Source of the DNA: a virus | IMG/VR virus record: IMGVR_UViG_3300031452_000003 | Coordinates: 866 to 64,865 of that record | Reading direction: 5' to 3' (one strand) | Length of the DNA stretch: 64,000 bases | Shown: positions 46,078-54,712 of the stretch, piece after piece | Numbering within the stretch: position 1 is the first letter of the stretch | Layout of the letters: each line of letters begins with the position of its first letter | Made by a program: the position numbers and the translations under genes | The notes under the pieces: generated by a model | Databases searched by the model: none | What the model was told of the DNA's origin: nothing | Seen by the model: the letters and a program-made list of their open reading frames with translations, nothing else

Positions 46078-46109
46078 AGTGTGGAACGTCGGGGGCGCGT
46101 GACGCAAGA
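46078..46109 (-). promoter_or_regulatory. Late-type promoter, copy 7 (head operon)
   Basis: TCTTGCGTCAC-N15-CACACT. Confidence 0.75.
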
Positions 46110-46400
46110 GCCACAGAGGTTTGCCCCTCTCAAAAGCCTCTCAATAGCGACCGGCGGTAGGCGCTCTCAACCATCTCCCGCGCCGTCCATCCCCGATAGG
46201 GCGGGCAGTACGTGCACGGATGGAAGGGGCCGAGGGCGCGGAAGGACGCCCGCGCGGGGTCGGCGAGGGCCGGGGTACTGGCCGGGAGGCGGTGCCACCC
46301 GCGCCGCTTGCGGCGGGCCAGAGCCGCCGCCCGCCTCTTTATCTTGTCTTTGCGCCCCGCCAAGCGATGCCCCTCCCCTCCTCAAACGGTTTCCCGTCCC

Positions 46401-47147
46401 TCACCGCAAATCCAGCCAGGCCAGGGCGATGCCCAGGTCACACCCCGCGTCGTGCTCCCAGCCGCCGTGGCCGTCCCACCCGGCCCCGGACTCGTTGCCG
46501 GACTCGTTAAGCCTCACCCGGCACCCGGCGATGCACTGCATCCCGGCCTCCGCCGCATAAATCCCGCCTCCCTGGACGGAGCGCAGGGCGGCCTCCATCT
46601 GGTCGCGCCACGCGCCCTCGTCCGGGGCATCCGGCTCCGGGGCCTCGTCCGGGGCGGCTTCCGGCAGGAATCCCCGCACGGCCTGGGTCACTGACTGGGC
46701 GGCTTGGGAGACGACCTTTGCGGTCGGCTGGCCGCCGCCCGACGCCCTCACGGCGCTCTCCCACGCCTCCACCTGGGCCTCGGCGGGCAGGGAGGTCAGG
46801 GGGCGCACCTGAGCCTCGTTCTGGGGCAGAATGTGCACAATTGTGCACATTTGGGCGGCGCTCCCGGCCAGGTTCGAGACGACCTCGGCGGCGGCGACGG
46901 CCAGGTTGGCCGCGACGGACGCCCCGGCGGCGACCTGATGCGCCCGCCTCGGCTTGATATCCCAGCGGGTCAGGCAGTAGTCATCGAACGTGGCGAACTC
47001 CGCCCGGTAGAGGCGGTCCCGCTTGATGAGGTGGAAGGCCTCTCCGACCTCAAGGGTTGTCTGAAGCCCGCGACGGATGACCTCTTCGTAGTGGGCCAAG
47101 GCGCTGGCCTCTTCGGGAAGCAGCGTCGTCTCAATGTCTGTAGTCAT
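46401..47147 (-). CDS. Conserved phage protein (DUF3102-like helical family)
   Basis: EVGEAFHLIKRDRLYRAEFATFDDYCLTRW...PQNEAQVRPL. Confidence 0.55.
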   Translation of the reverse strand: MTTDIETTLLPEEASALAHYEEVIRRGLQTTLEVGEAFHLIKRDRLYRAEFATFDDYCLTRWDIKPRRAHQVAAGASVAANLAVAAAEVVSNLAGSAAQMCTIVHILPQNEAQVRPLTSLPAEAQVEAWESAVRASGGGQPTAKVVSQAAQSVTQAVRGFLPEAAPDEAPEPDAPDEGAWRDQMEAALRSVQGGGIYAAEAGMQCIAGCRVRLNESGNESGAGWDGHGGWEHDAGCDLGIALAWLDLR

Positions 47148-47219
47148 GGGCGTTTCCTGGTGACGGTTCCTGGTGACGTTTCCTAAACGGGTGTGAAAAC
47201 CGGGTGTGAAAACGGAGTA

Positions 47220-47852
47220 TCAAAAGAGAAGGACGCGGCGGGGGCTGGCCCGGCCCGTCTTCTGGAGGCGGTACTGCTCAATCCGGGCCAACACATAGGG
47301 CGGCACGTCGGACGGCGATTCCAGCACGTCGAGCAGCAGGGCCAGGTGCCGCTTATTCACCAGCGACTGCCAGTCCGAATCGGGTGAGAGCGCCGCCGGG
47401 CGCGACGGCCCCCAGTGGCAGAAGCCGCCGAAGCCGGGGAGACGGAACTGCCACTCCTGCCGCCCCGCGACGTCCGGGTCCTCGTTGTGCTTCAGGGGCC
47501 GGTGCAGCCGCTTTTCGAGTTCCCCCTGGGCGGCGAGTTCGAGGCACATCTCCGCGACGTAGCAGCCTGCCTCGTGGTCGAGGTCCCCCGGCTCTGCTTG
47601 GGCGAATTGGCATTCGGCCAGCCCCGGCGCGAGACGCCACTGAATCGAGGGCGGCGAGGCCCAGCCGTCCCAGACGGGCCGGGCGAGGCCGACGAAGCCG
47701 TGGGAGGCCGCGCGTCTGAGGACGGTCAGTATCGCGGCCTTGACCGCATATCGCAGCACGGTCTCGCGGTGTTTCGCGCCCACGTATTCCCCCAGCGTCA
47801 TATCCAGGAGGAGGGGCGGAAGAACGGGCGATAACGGGCGGTCACGGGTCAT
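47220..47852 (-). CDS. Hypothetical protein, probably leaderless
   Basis: ATG lies 6 nt downstream of the TATAAC -10 hexamer. Confidence 0.6.
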   Translation of the reverse strand: MTRDRPLSPVLPPLLLDMTLGEYVGAKHRETVLRYAVKAAILTVLRRAASHGFVGLARPVWDGWASPPSIQWRLAPGLAECQFAQAEPGDLDHEAGCYVAEMCLELAAQGELEKRLHRPLKHNEDPDVAGRQEWQFRLPGFGGFCHWGPSRPAALSPDSDWQSLVNKRHLALLLDVLESPSDVPPYVLARIEQYRLQKTGRASPRRVLLF

Positions 47853-47858
47853 GTCCCT

Positions 47859-47893
47859 GTTATATCATAACCGTCCGAGTTTGTCAAACGGTT
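47859..47893 (-). promoter_or_regulatory. Sigma70 promoter overlapped by an operator-like site
   Basis: TTGACA-17-TATAAC. CGTCC-GAGTTTGTC-AAACG at 47872-47890. Confidence 0.75.
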
Positions 47894-47908
47894 GCGCGCT
47901 TGGCATCA

Positions 47909-48532
47909 TCATAGTATGCCTCCGGCGCGGAAACCCCCTGCTTCAGCAGGGCGGAGGAGCGGCGGGTCTGCGTTAATCGGACGGTCCGCGAAGATGAGTA
48001 AACCCCGTTTGCTTTCGCCGTCGCGTTGCCAGCCCGCGCGGGCAAAGCACCTGCCGGGGTCGCGCTTATGCCGAACCTGCCGAGCGTCAACGAAAGTAAA
48101 AAGCCGTTCACCGGGCCAGCGGAGTCGCGCCAGGGTTGCGGCCTCTGTGATGAGCCGGGAACTCAGTACCCGTCCCTCGTTTCGGAAGACAGCGCAGTTG
48201 ACGCCGGGTTGACCGTCCCGCCGAAACGCCTGTTTAATCCACACGAACATCGCAAGGCCACACGAGCTGATAAGCACCATTGGGTCTCCCGGCCCAACAA
48301 ACTGACGCTGTTTCGGGTGATTGTTTTTGCGCGAGCTGTAGTGGCGTCGGTACATGGCGAAGCATTCCCGGTTGCCGTCCCTAGTCAGATACCAGTGTTC
48401 GGAAACCTGTGGGTAGCCAGTCTCGTCGGGCGTGAACAGGGCGAAGCCGCTATAACTCTCTCCCTCTGGCTGTGGAGGCACAGAGGGAGGGGGAGGGCCG
48501 AAGCCCCCCAATTTATTGGGGTGGAGCATCAT
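47909..48532 (-). CDS. Mom/XF1762-like GNAT-fold protein (candidate DNA base modifier)
   Basis: RHYS, VGPG, NCAVFRNE, LSSRLI, RLFTFVD, PGRCFARAGW. Confidence 0.6.
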   Translation of the reverse strand: MMLHPNKLGGFGPPPPSVPPQPEGESYSGFALFTPDETGYPQVSEHWYLTRDGNRECFAMYRRHYSSRKNNHPKQRQFVGPGDPMVLISSCGLAMFVWIKQAFRRDGQPGVNCAVFRNEGRVLSSRLITEAATLARLRWPGERLFTFVDARQVRHKRDPGRCFARAGWQRDGESKRGLLIFADRPINADPPLLRPAEAGGFRAGGIL

Positions 48533-50740
48533 TCACCTGCCCATCCCGTCCGCCTTCTCCCTCGCCTCCCGCATGATGCGCTGCATGGTCGTCTCGCCCG
48601 GCGGCGGGGGGTCGGGCGCGGACGGCCTCGGCGCGGGCAGCGGCGGGGCCTGTATGGGCGGCAGGGCCTGTATGGGGGCCGGGGCGGGTGGGACGGTGAA
48701 CTGCGGGCCTCCCGGCGCGCGGCCACCCAGGGCGGTCGTCTGGCCCAGCAGCCGCGCGCGGGGCAGGAGGGCCGGTGCGCGCCGGTCGTCGCCCCCCCCT
48801 CTGCCTTGACCTACCCGTATGCCTTGCCCCCCCCGTATGCCTTGACCGCCCTGTGCCCGCATACCCCGGCCCTCCGGCGCGCGCTCGGGGTGGCTGGCGC
48901 GCTCGCCCGCCGGGAGGAAGGCGGCGGCCTCGCGGTTGACGACGCCCGACTCGCGGGGCGCGGCGGCGGAGGCGGGCGTCACGCGGGCGAGGACGAGCTG
49001 ATAGAACGGGAGCAGCCCGCACAGGAGCGAGTCCGGGAAGTGGTCGTCCTTCTTGACTATCTGCCCCGTCGGCGACTTGCGCCAACCCTTGAGCTGCTTT
49101 ATCAGCAGGCGGCCCTTGTCGCGGGGTATCCAGAGCGCCCCGTGTTCGAGGTGGCCGTTGATGCACCCCACCCCCATCCCCTTCTGCTTGGCGAACTCCA
49201 CGGGCGTCAGGTTGAAGCCCTGTAAGACCAGGTTATAGTTGCAGTAGTTGGCGTTCGAGTCGGCCCAGATTTCGGTCATGCCGTACTCGTCCCGCCAGGC
49301 CGCCATCTGCGCGTACACGACCGAATCGCTCTGCTTACCCAAATCCTCCACTTCGAGGATGACGCGCCGCCCGACGGGGCTGTTCATGTCGCGCCGGTCC
49401 TGAAGGAGCATGACCGCGCACGTCCCGGCGAGGCCCCAGTCAATCATGCCGATGACGCCGCCGCCGCCCCGGTTTTGCGGCAGGAACGTACACATCTCGT
49501 CGTCCACGACCGCCCGGCTCAGGGCCGCCCGGTCCTTGATGACCAGGCCGGACACGCTGGGCGAGCCGCCCGTCAGCTCGACCTCGAACTCCTCGTCCGA
49601 GGGGGATTCGTCGTACTGGGTGAGCAGGCCGCCCGGCCCCTCGAACGGTATCCAGCCGTTCTCGGCAAACGCCGCCGCGCCGCCGCACAGGGGGGGACGG
49701 ATTTCCTTCAACGCGCCCGCCGGGTCCAGCCGCTCGCGCCGGTCGCGGAACGCGCGCGGGCGGGGGCAGGCGTCGCAGTCCGGCGCGGCCATCGGCAGGT
49801 GCCGGACGAGCGCGTGCTCGTCGCCGGGCGCGCGCAGGGTTCCGGCGTTTATCCCGTCCCACTGGGCGGGCGTCGTCACGGCGAAGGGGCAGCGGTAACA
49901 GATGTCGAAGATGGAGGTGCGGTAGAGTTCCAGGCCCTTGGTCTCGGGGTCCTCCACGTCCTCGGCGAAGGTGCCCACGGCGTTGTGGTTTGTGCTGGTG
50001 CGGATGATGACGGAGGGGACGGCGGTGTTCACCATGTAGCGAGACGCGGCGCTGATGTCGGCGGCGACCTCGGCCTCCTCATCGATGATGAGCGCCCCGC
50101 CCCGGCGCTCGCTGCCCGCGTGGGGGCCGCGCACCTGCTTCTGGGAGGCGGCCAGGACCGCGACGAACGCCTTGGAGTCCTTCGCCATCGGGGGCGCGGT
50201 GAAGGCGAGGGGCTGGCCGTCCTCGCCGAGCAGCGTGGGCGAGTGCAGCCGGGGGGACAGGGCGCGCTCAGTCCGGCGCATGGTGTCGCGGGTCAGCGAG
50301 AGCGGCGTTGCCCGGCCCCCCAAGGCGGGCAGCCCGCGCCCCAGGTCCGCGTAGGCGTCCCGGTACTGCTGCATGAAGCCTTGCAGGTAGGAGTAGACGT
50401 TGGCCGCCTGTTCCTCGCTCCCGCCCACGTTCACCACGTCGTAGTCCTTGAAGAACCAGAGGATGAACTCGATGAGGGCATCGGTCATGCTCTTGCCGCC
50501 GCCCCTGGGTCCGACCCAGATGGCGCGGGTGCAGGAGCCGTCATACACGCGGTCGATGAGGCGGGCGACCTTGCGGGGGAACCGCAGGCCGAACCAGAAG
50601 TCGAGCAGCCCGCAGCCCGTCCAGCGCGTCCAGTCGCCGACGGGGAAGGCGTTCAGGGCGTCCTGGGCCTGGTCGCACACGTCGTAGAGGTCGACCAGCT
50701 TGGGGTCGATGCCGGTGTCCGTTGAGCCGGTGTCCGTCAT
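48533..50740 (-). CDS. terL: Terminase large subunit
   Basis: GPRGGGKS Walker A, LIIDE Walker B, IDWG and DDHFPD nuclease acidic residues. Confidence 0.9.
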   Translation of the reverse strand: MTDTGSTDTGIDPKLVDLYDVCDQAQDALNAFPVGDWTRWTGCGLLDFWFGLRFPRKVARLIDRVYDGSCTRAIWVGPRGGGKSMTDALIEFILWFFKDYDVVNVGGSEEQAANVYSYLQGFMQQYRDAYADLGRGLPALGGRATPLSLTRDTMRRTERALSPRLHSPTLLGEDGQPLAFTAPPMAKDSKAFVAVLAASQKQVRGPHAGSERRGGALIIDEEAEVAADISAASRYMVNTAVPSVIIRTSTNHNAVGTFAEDVEDPETKGLELYRTSIFDICYRCPFAVTTPAQWDGINAGTLRAPGDEHALVRHLPMAAPDCDACPRPRAFRDRRERLDPAGALKEIRPPLCGGAAAFAENGWIPFEGPGGLLTQYDESPSDEEFEVELTGGSPSVSGLVIKDRAALSRAVVDDEMCTFLPQNRGGGGVIGMIDWGLAGTCAVMLLQDRRDMNSPVGRRVILEVEDLGKQSDSVVYAQMAAWRDEYGMTEIWADSNANYCNYNLVLQGFNLTPVEFAKQKGMGVGCINGHLEHGALWIPRDKGRLLIKQLKGWRKSPTGQIVKKDDHFPDSLLCGLLPFYQLVLARVTPASAAAPRESGVVNREAAAFLPAGERASHPERAPEGRGMRAQGGQGIRGGQGIRVGQGRGGGDDRRAPALLPRARLLGQTTALGGRAPGGPQFTVPPAPAPIQALPPIQAPPLPAPRPSAPDPPPPGETTMQRIMREAREKADGMGR

Positions 50741-51396
50741 GCCGATTTTCGCGCGCCAGCTTCCGCCAGCATCCGCCGCACTGCCGTGAGCCGCACGAAC
50801 TCCTCGCCGTCGGCATCGCCGCCCTGGGGGTCCGGGTGCAGCCGCTTGGCGGCGGCGCGGAAGGCCGCCGCCAGCACGTCCGGGTTGTCATAGTTTCCCT
50901 CGACGCCGCTCGCTTCCCTGAGCCACGCCGCCGCATCCTCCACGCAGCCGAATCCCGACTCCGGGGGCGCGGGTAGGGCGAGGCAGCCCTTGTATTGCTG
51001 GCCGTCCGTGCCGACCCCGTACAAGCTTGCAAGCCGCAGGTGTTCCAGGTGCATCGCCACGGCCCTGAGATTGTTCTGCCATTTCGTGAACCCGTCGAAG
51101 GACAGTCGAAGCGTCCCGTGGCGGCTCTCGAAGGCCAAAATGACGCCGGGGTGGGTCGCCACGGCGTTCGCGCGCGGCAGCCCGTCGGCGCGGAAGTCAC
51201 CCTCGCGGAAGGCGATTTGCAGGACTATCCGCCTGGCGTTCAGGGCCGCGAGTTCCCTCTTCAGCGTCGCCAGCGTGTCCTTCAGTCCCGCCGAGAACGG
51301 CCCCGGTATGCGGTCATGGCGGGCGTTGCCCGGCCAGGCGTCAATCGGGCGCAGAGTCAGCCCCAGCGCATCTTTCAGCGTCACCCAATCGCTCAT
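50737..51396 (-). CDS. Phage protein with C-terminal DnaJ (J) domain
   Basis: AFRAAAKRLHPD...F..L, containing the HPD motif. Confidence 0.75.
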   Translation of the reverse strand: MSDWVTLKDALGLTLRPIDAWPGNARHDRIPGPFSAGLKDTLATLKRELAALNARRIVLQIAFREGDFRADGLPRANAVATHPGVILAFESRHGTLRLSFDGFTKWQNNLRAVAMHLEHLRLASLYGVGTDGQQYKGCLALPAPPESGFGCVEDAAAWLREASGVEGNYDNPDVLAAAFRAAAKRLHPDPQGGDADGEEFVRLTAVRRMLAEAGARKSA

Positions 51397-51593
51397 CTCC
51401 TGTTCATCTCCTGTTCATCTCCTGTTCCGCATACCCTATTTCTCGGTCGCCGCGAGAAGCCGCCCGTGGCCCGCGTGACGACGACGCCGTGGGGCGCACC
51501 GCACCACTCGCAGCGGAACCCGGCGCGCTCCCGGCAGGCCTGCGCGACCTCACGAAAGTTCGGCGGGTAGTTTTTGTAGTCGCAGGGCATCAC
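51393..51593 (-). pseudogene. Truncated HNH endonuclease
   Basis: YPPNFREVAQACRERAGFRCEWCG is an HNH N-terminus. The second CxxC and HNH residues are absent. Confidence 0.6.
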
Positions 51594-51647
51594 CGCGCTT
51601 CCTCCGCAGACCCAGAACCGCCTGCTGTCGCTGTTGCGGCGGACACA

Positions 51648-52301
51648 TCATCTTTCTTCTCCATCGGCCTGCCCACGCGCTCGAACAGGTCCAGGTAAGC
51701 CCGGTACTCCTCCATCTGCGCCCCCGTCCTGTCCCTGGAGCCGCCCCGTCTCGCGCACGGCGACGCCGATGCGCCTGCCTATCTCAATGGCCCTCTCGCG
51801 CGCCTCCTGGGGCGTCCAGTGCTCGCGGATGTTGATGTCCTGCTCGATAGGGCTGCCGTCCTTGCCCGTCAGCTCCACGCGGCGGGGGGCGTCCAGGCCC
51901 ATCAGGTTCGAGCGCCGCTTCTCGATGGCGAGCATCCGGTCTACGGCGGGAAGGTCGCCCTTCTTCACGAGGGGCATCACGGCGAACAGGGCCAGGTTCA
52001 GCCGGTCGAGCTGTTGCTGGCGCATCAGGGCCAACTCCTCCGCCGTCTCGCGCCGGAACGCCTCGTGCGCGGCCTTGACGTCGCGGGCGGCGGTGGAGGA
52101 GGAGATACCCAAGGCGGACGCGATGCCGTCGTAGGGGGCACCCGCAAGGCGCATCTTGTACGCCTGCGCCTGTCGGTGGAGGACCGCCTCGGGCGACGGC
52201 TCCGTCGTCAGGAACGCCCCCGCCTGGTCGCGGCGGCGGGGGGCCGGGAGGCCCGCTCCGTCCCGCGTGGGTTTAGCCTGCCCGTCGCCCGAATCCGTCA
52301 T
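51648..52301 (-). CDS. terS: HTH protein, probable terminase small subunit
   Basis: RLAGAPYDGIASALGIS HTH, AVDRMLAIEKRRSNLMGLDAP and VELTGKDGSPI. Confidence 0.75.
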   Translation of the reverse strand: MTDSGDGQAKPTRDGAGLPAPRRRDQAGAFLTTEPSPEAVLHRQAQAYKMRLAGAPYDGIASALGISSSTAARDVKAAHEAFRRETAEELALMRQQQLDRLNLALFAVMPLVKKGDLPAVDRMLAIEKRRSNLMGLDAPRRVELTGKDGSPIEQDINIREHWTPQEARERAIEIGRRIGVAVRETGRLQGQDGGADGGVPGLPGPVRARGQADGEER

Positions 52302-52525
52302 GGCAGGGATTCCCCCGTGAGCGTATCCAGAGGGCTGACTGCGGGCGTGTCGGGCATGGGGCAGAGTCCCCCGGCGGTCAAAGCGATGGCTCCCTGAAGA
52401 TACTTGTCATACAGCAGGGCGGCATCCTCCATGCACGGCGAAGCCTGTAGATTGTTCAGGTCTTTACAGGCATTGGAAAGGGCCAGAGTGACCATTCGCA
52501 TTGCGTCGGCTTCTTGGTCGGTCAT
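52298..52525 (-). CDS. Hypothetical protein
   Basis: 75-aa ORF coupled on both sides. Confidence 0.5.
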   Translation of the reverse strand: MTDQEADAMRMVTLALSNACKDLNNLQASPCMEDAALLYDKYLQGAIALTAGGLCPMPDTPAVSPLDTLTGESLP

Positions 52526-52740
52526 TGCGCCGTCTCCCCGGTGCGAAAGCTCTCGACCCCGGCCATGCAGTCAGCGATGGTGTCGCCGGGCAGGGTGTAC
52601 CGCCAGACCATCCACTGGTACAGACCGCAGTGGAGCTTGGCAGGGTGCGCGAAACTGCCCTTGACGAAGTAGCGGTGGCGCAGGGCCAGGTCCGAGCCGA
52701 GATTGAGGAGTTGTGGCGCGGCTATCACCGTGGGTCTCAT
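52522..52740 (-). pseudogene. DNA methyltransferase fragment
   Basis: HPAK...PGDTIADCMAG; ends before the rest of the domain. Confidence 0.55.
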
Positions 52741-54242
52741 CGTGAACCTCCCGCCTCGGTCGCCTTCTGTGCCTCGGTCGCGCGCCCCGGCCCAGGCACC
52801 AGCAGCACGGCCACCTCGCCCGTCACGGCCTCCCAGCGGGCGAGAACCACGTCGCAATACGCCTCGCTCAGTTCCAGCCCGTAGACGCGCCTGCCCGTGC
52901 GCTCGGCGGCGACGAGGCTCATGCCGCTGCCGAGGAAAGGGTCGAGGATGAGGTCATCCGGTGCGCCGTACCTCTCGAACGCCCACTCGGCCAGGGCCAC
53001 CGGCTTCTGGGTCGGGTGGACGCGCGCCTCGCCCCGCTCCGAGGCGCGCAGCATCCCGTTCCACATATGCCTGAAAATGCGGACGGCGCTCCCCTGGTTG
53101 GTCCAAGCGAGTTCGGCGTCGGCGAAATTGCCCGTGTTCTCCTTGTCCCAGACCAGCCAGCAGGGCGACGGGGGCAGGGCGTGGGCGTAGTAGTTGCCGC
53201 CCCACCAGACGTGGACCGCGCCGGGGAACATATCGGCGGCGAGGTCGTAGGCGTCCGTGGCCGTGTCCGTCGTGTCGTCCCCGATGACCGGCGCGTACCG
53301 GCCCACCTCGACGCGGTTCGAGGCTCCGACGGAGCCTCGAACCGCGTCACGACCGAACGGCTTGGCTCTATCGGTGGAGCCAAGCCGTTCGGTCGTCTTC
53401 CCCGGCGCACCGGCCAGCCGCCGCTCACGGGTCTCGGGCGTCTCGCCGCCCACGCCGCCGAACGGGATGTTCAGCGCCGCTCCGTTCCCGACGTAGCCGT
53501 TGACGGCCACGATGCCGATGCCGTAAGGCGGGTCCGCCCACACCATCTGCGGCATCTCGCCCCCCGTCAGAGCCAAGACGTGCTCGCGTGACAGGGCGCT
53601 CAGGCAGGCGACCCGGTGCCGCCCGCACTGCCAGACGTCGCCCGCCTGCACCCGCGTCTCGGGGTCAAGGGGTACGTCGTCGGGGTCGGAACCGTCTCCC
53701 GGCTGGGCGTCCTCGGCGCTCGCCGCGAGCCGCGCCATGTGGCCCTCGAACTCCTCGTCGCTGAAGAACTGCGTCATGTCCACGCCGTCGTCAGCGAGTG
53801 CGCGCAGGACCTCGGGCGACCAGGACAGGGACGCCTCGCCCACGGCGTTGTCGGCGAGGGCCAGCTCACGGGCGCGGGTAGCGGGGTCCGCCATGTCGAG
53901 GTCGGTGCGGCGGACGGCCACGAGGTCCGTGCCGTCGGAGTCCACGACGATGACGTTTCGGAAGCCGAGTTCGCCCGCCTTCTCCCAGGTCTTGTTGCCC
54001 GCAATGAGAACGTTATTCTTGTCCACCAGCAGCGAGCGGCCCGCGCCGAACGCCTGCAAGCTGTCTTCGAGCATGGACGCGCCCCGCGCCGTGCCCTCGT
54101 TGGCGTTACGGGGGTCGGCGGCGAGGTCGGTGACGTCCACGCGGTCCACAAAGGCGGCGCGGAGAGCCGGGGCCGCCGGAAAGTCATCGGGTACATTGCC
54201 AGGTTCGGTCACGGGTTCGGTCACGGGTTCAGCGCGTGGCAT
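52737..54242 (-). CDS. ParB/Srx-like domain fused to an N6-A/N4-C DNA methyltransferase
   Basis: DPRNAN...SL..FG..RSLLVD...IAGN, DPPYG, HPTQKP and LDPFLGSG. Confidence 0.9.
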   Translation of the reverse strand: MPRAEPVTEPVTEPGNVPDDFPAAPALRAAFVDRVDVTDLAADPRNANEGTARGASMLEDSLQAFGAGRSLLVDKNNVLIAGNKTWEKAGELGFRNVIVVDSDGTDLVAVRRTDLDMADPATRARELALADNAVGEASLSWSPEVLRALADDGVDMTQFFSDEEFEGHMARLAASAEDAQPGDGSDPDDVPLDPETRVQAGDVWQCGRHRVACLSALSREHVLALTGGEMPQMVWADPPYGIGIVAVNGYVGNGAALNIPFGGVGGETPETRERRLAGAPGKTTERLGSTDRAKPFGRDAVRGSVGASNRVEVGRYAPVIGDDTTDTATDAYDLAADMFPGAVHVWWGGNYYAHALPPSPCWLVWDKENTGNFADAELAWTNQGSAVRIFRHMWNGMLRASERGEARVHPTQKPVALAEWAFERYGAPDDLILDPFLGSGMSLVAAERTGRRVYGLELSEAYCDVVLARWEAVTGEVAVLLVPGPGRATEAQKATEAGGSR

Positions 54243-54681
54243 ATTCTCTCCTTGAATTATCAGTCCGCAGATAATCAATCCGCTGGTCGGTCACAACATC
54301 AGCCTCGGCCAGCACCTTGGCGACGTGGGACCGGCGGGCGTCGCGGAAGGCGCGGGCCAAGGCGGGCACCAAGTTATGGGGGCGCGGCGCGCGCCGCGTC
54401 GGCCCGTCCAGGGTGCCGTCCGTCTCCTCCCAGAGGGCGGTCACGTCGGGTACGGCCTGGGCGGACAGGCCGTACAGCACCGTATCCACCGGCTTATCGC
54501 CCGCCGTGCGCGAGGCGTACATGAAAAGGGCGCGGGCCGGGTCGCCGGGGCACACGAGGGAGTAGGAGCGGCGGGCGGCCAAACCCAAGTGGCGCGGCAG
54601 GCAGGCGTCGTCCTGCCACGTCAGCCGCCAGAGGGCGGGGTGGACCGCAAGAACGGGAGGAACCGGGCGGGCGGGAGTCAT
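54229..54681 (-). CDS. Hypothetical protein
   Basis: MTPARPVPP start inside ORF 54229..55206. Confidence 0.45.
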   Translation of the reverse strand: MTPARPVPPVLAVHPALWRLTWQDDACLPRHLGLAARRSYSLVCPGDPARALFMYASRTAGDKPVDTVLYGLSAQAVPDVTALWEETDGTLDGPTRRAPRPHNLVPALARAFRDARRSHVAKVLAEADVVTDQRIDYLRTDNSRREYATR

Positions 54682-54712
54682 AATATGTCTCAGCGGTGGA
54701 AACCCGCCGGTT

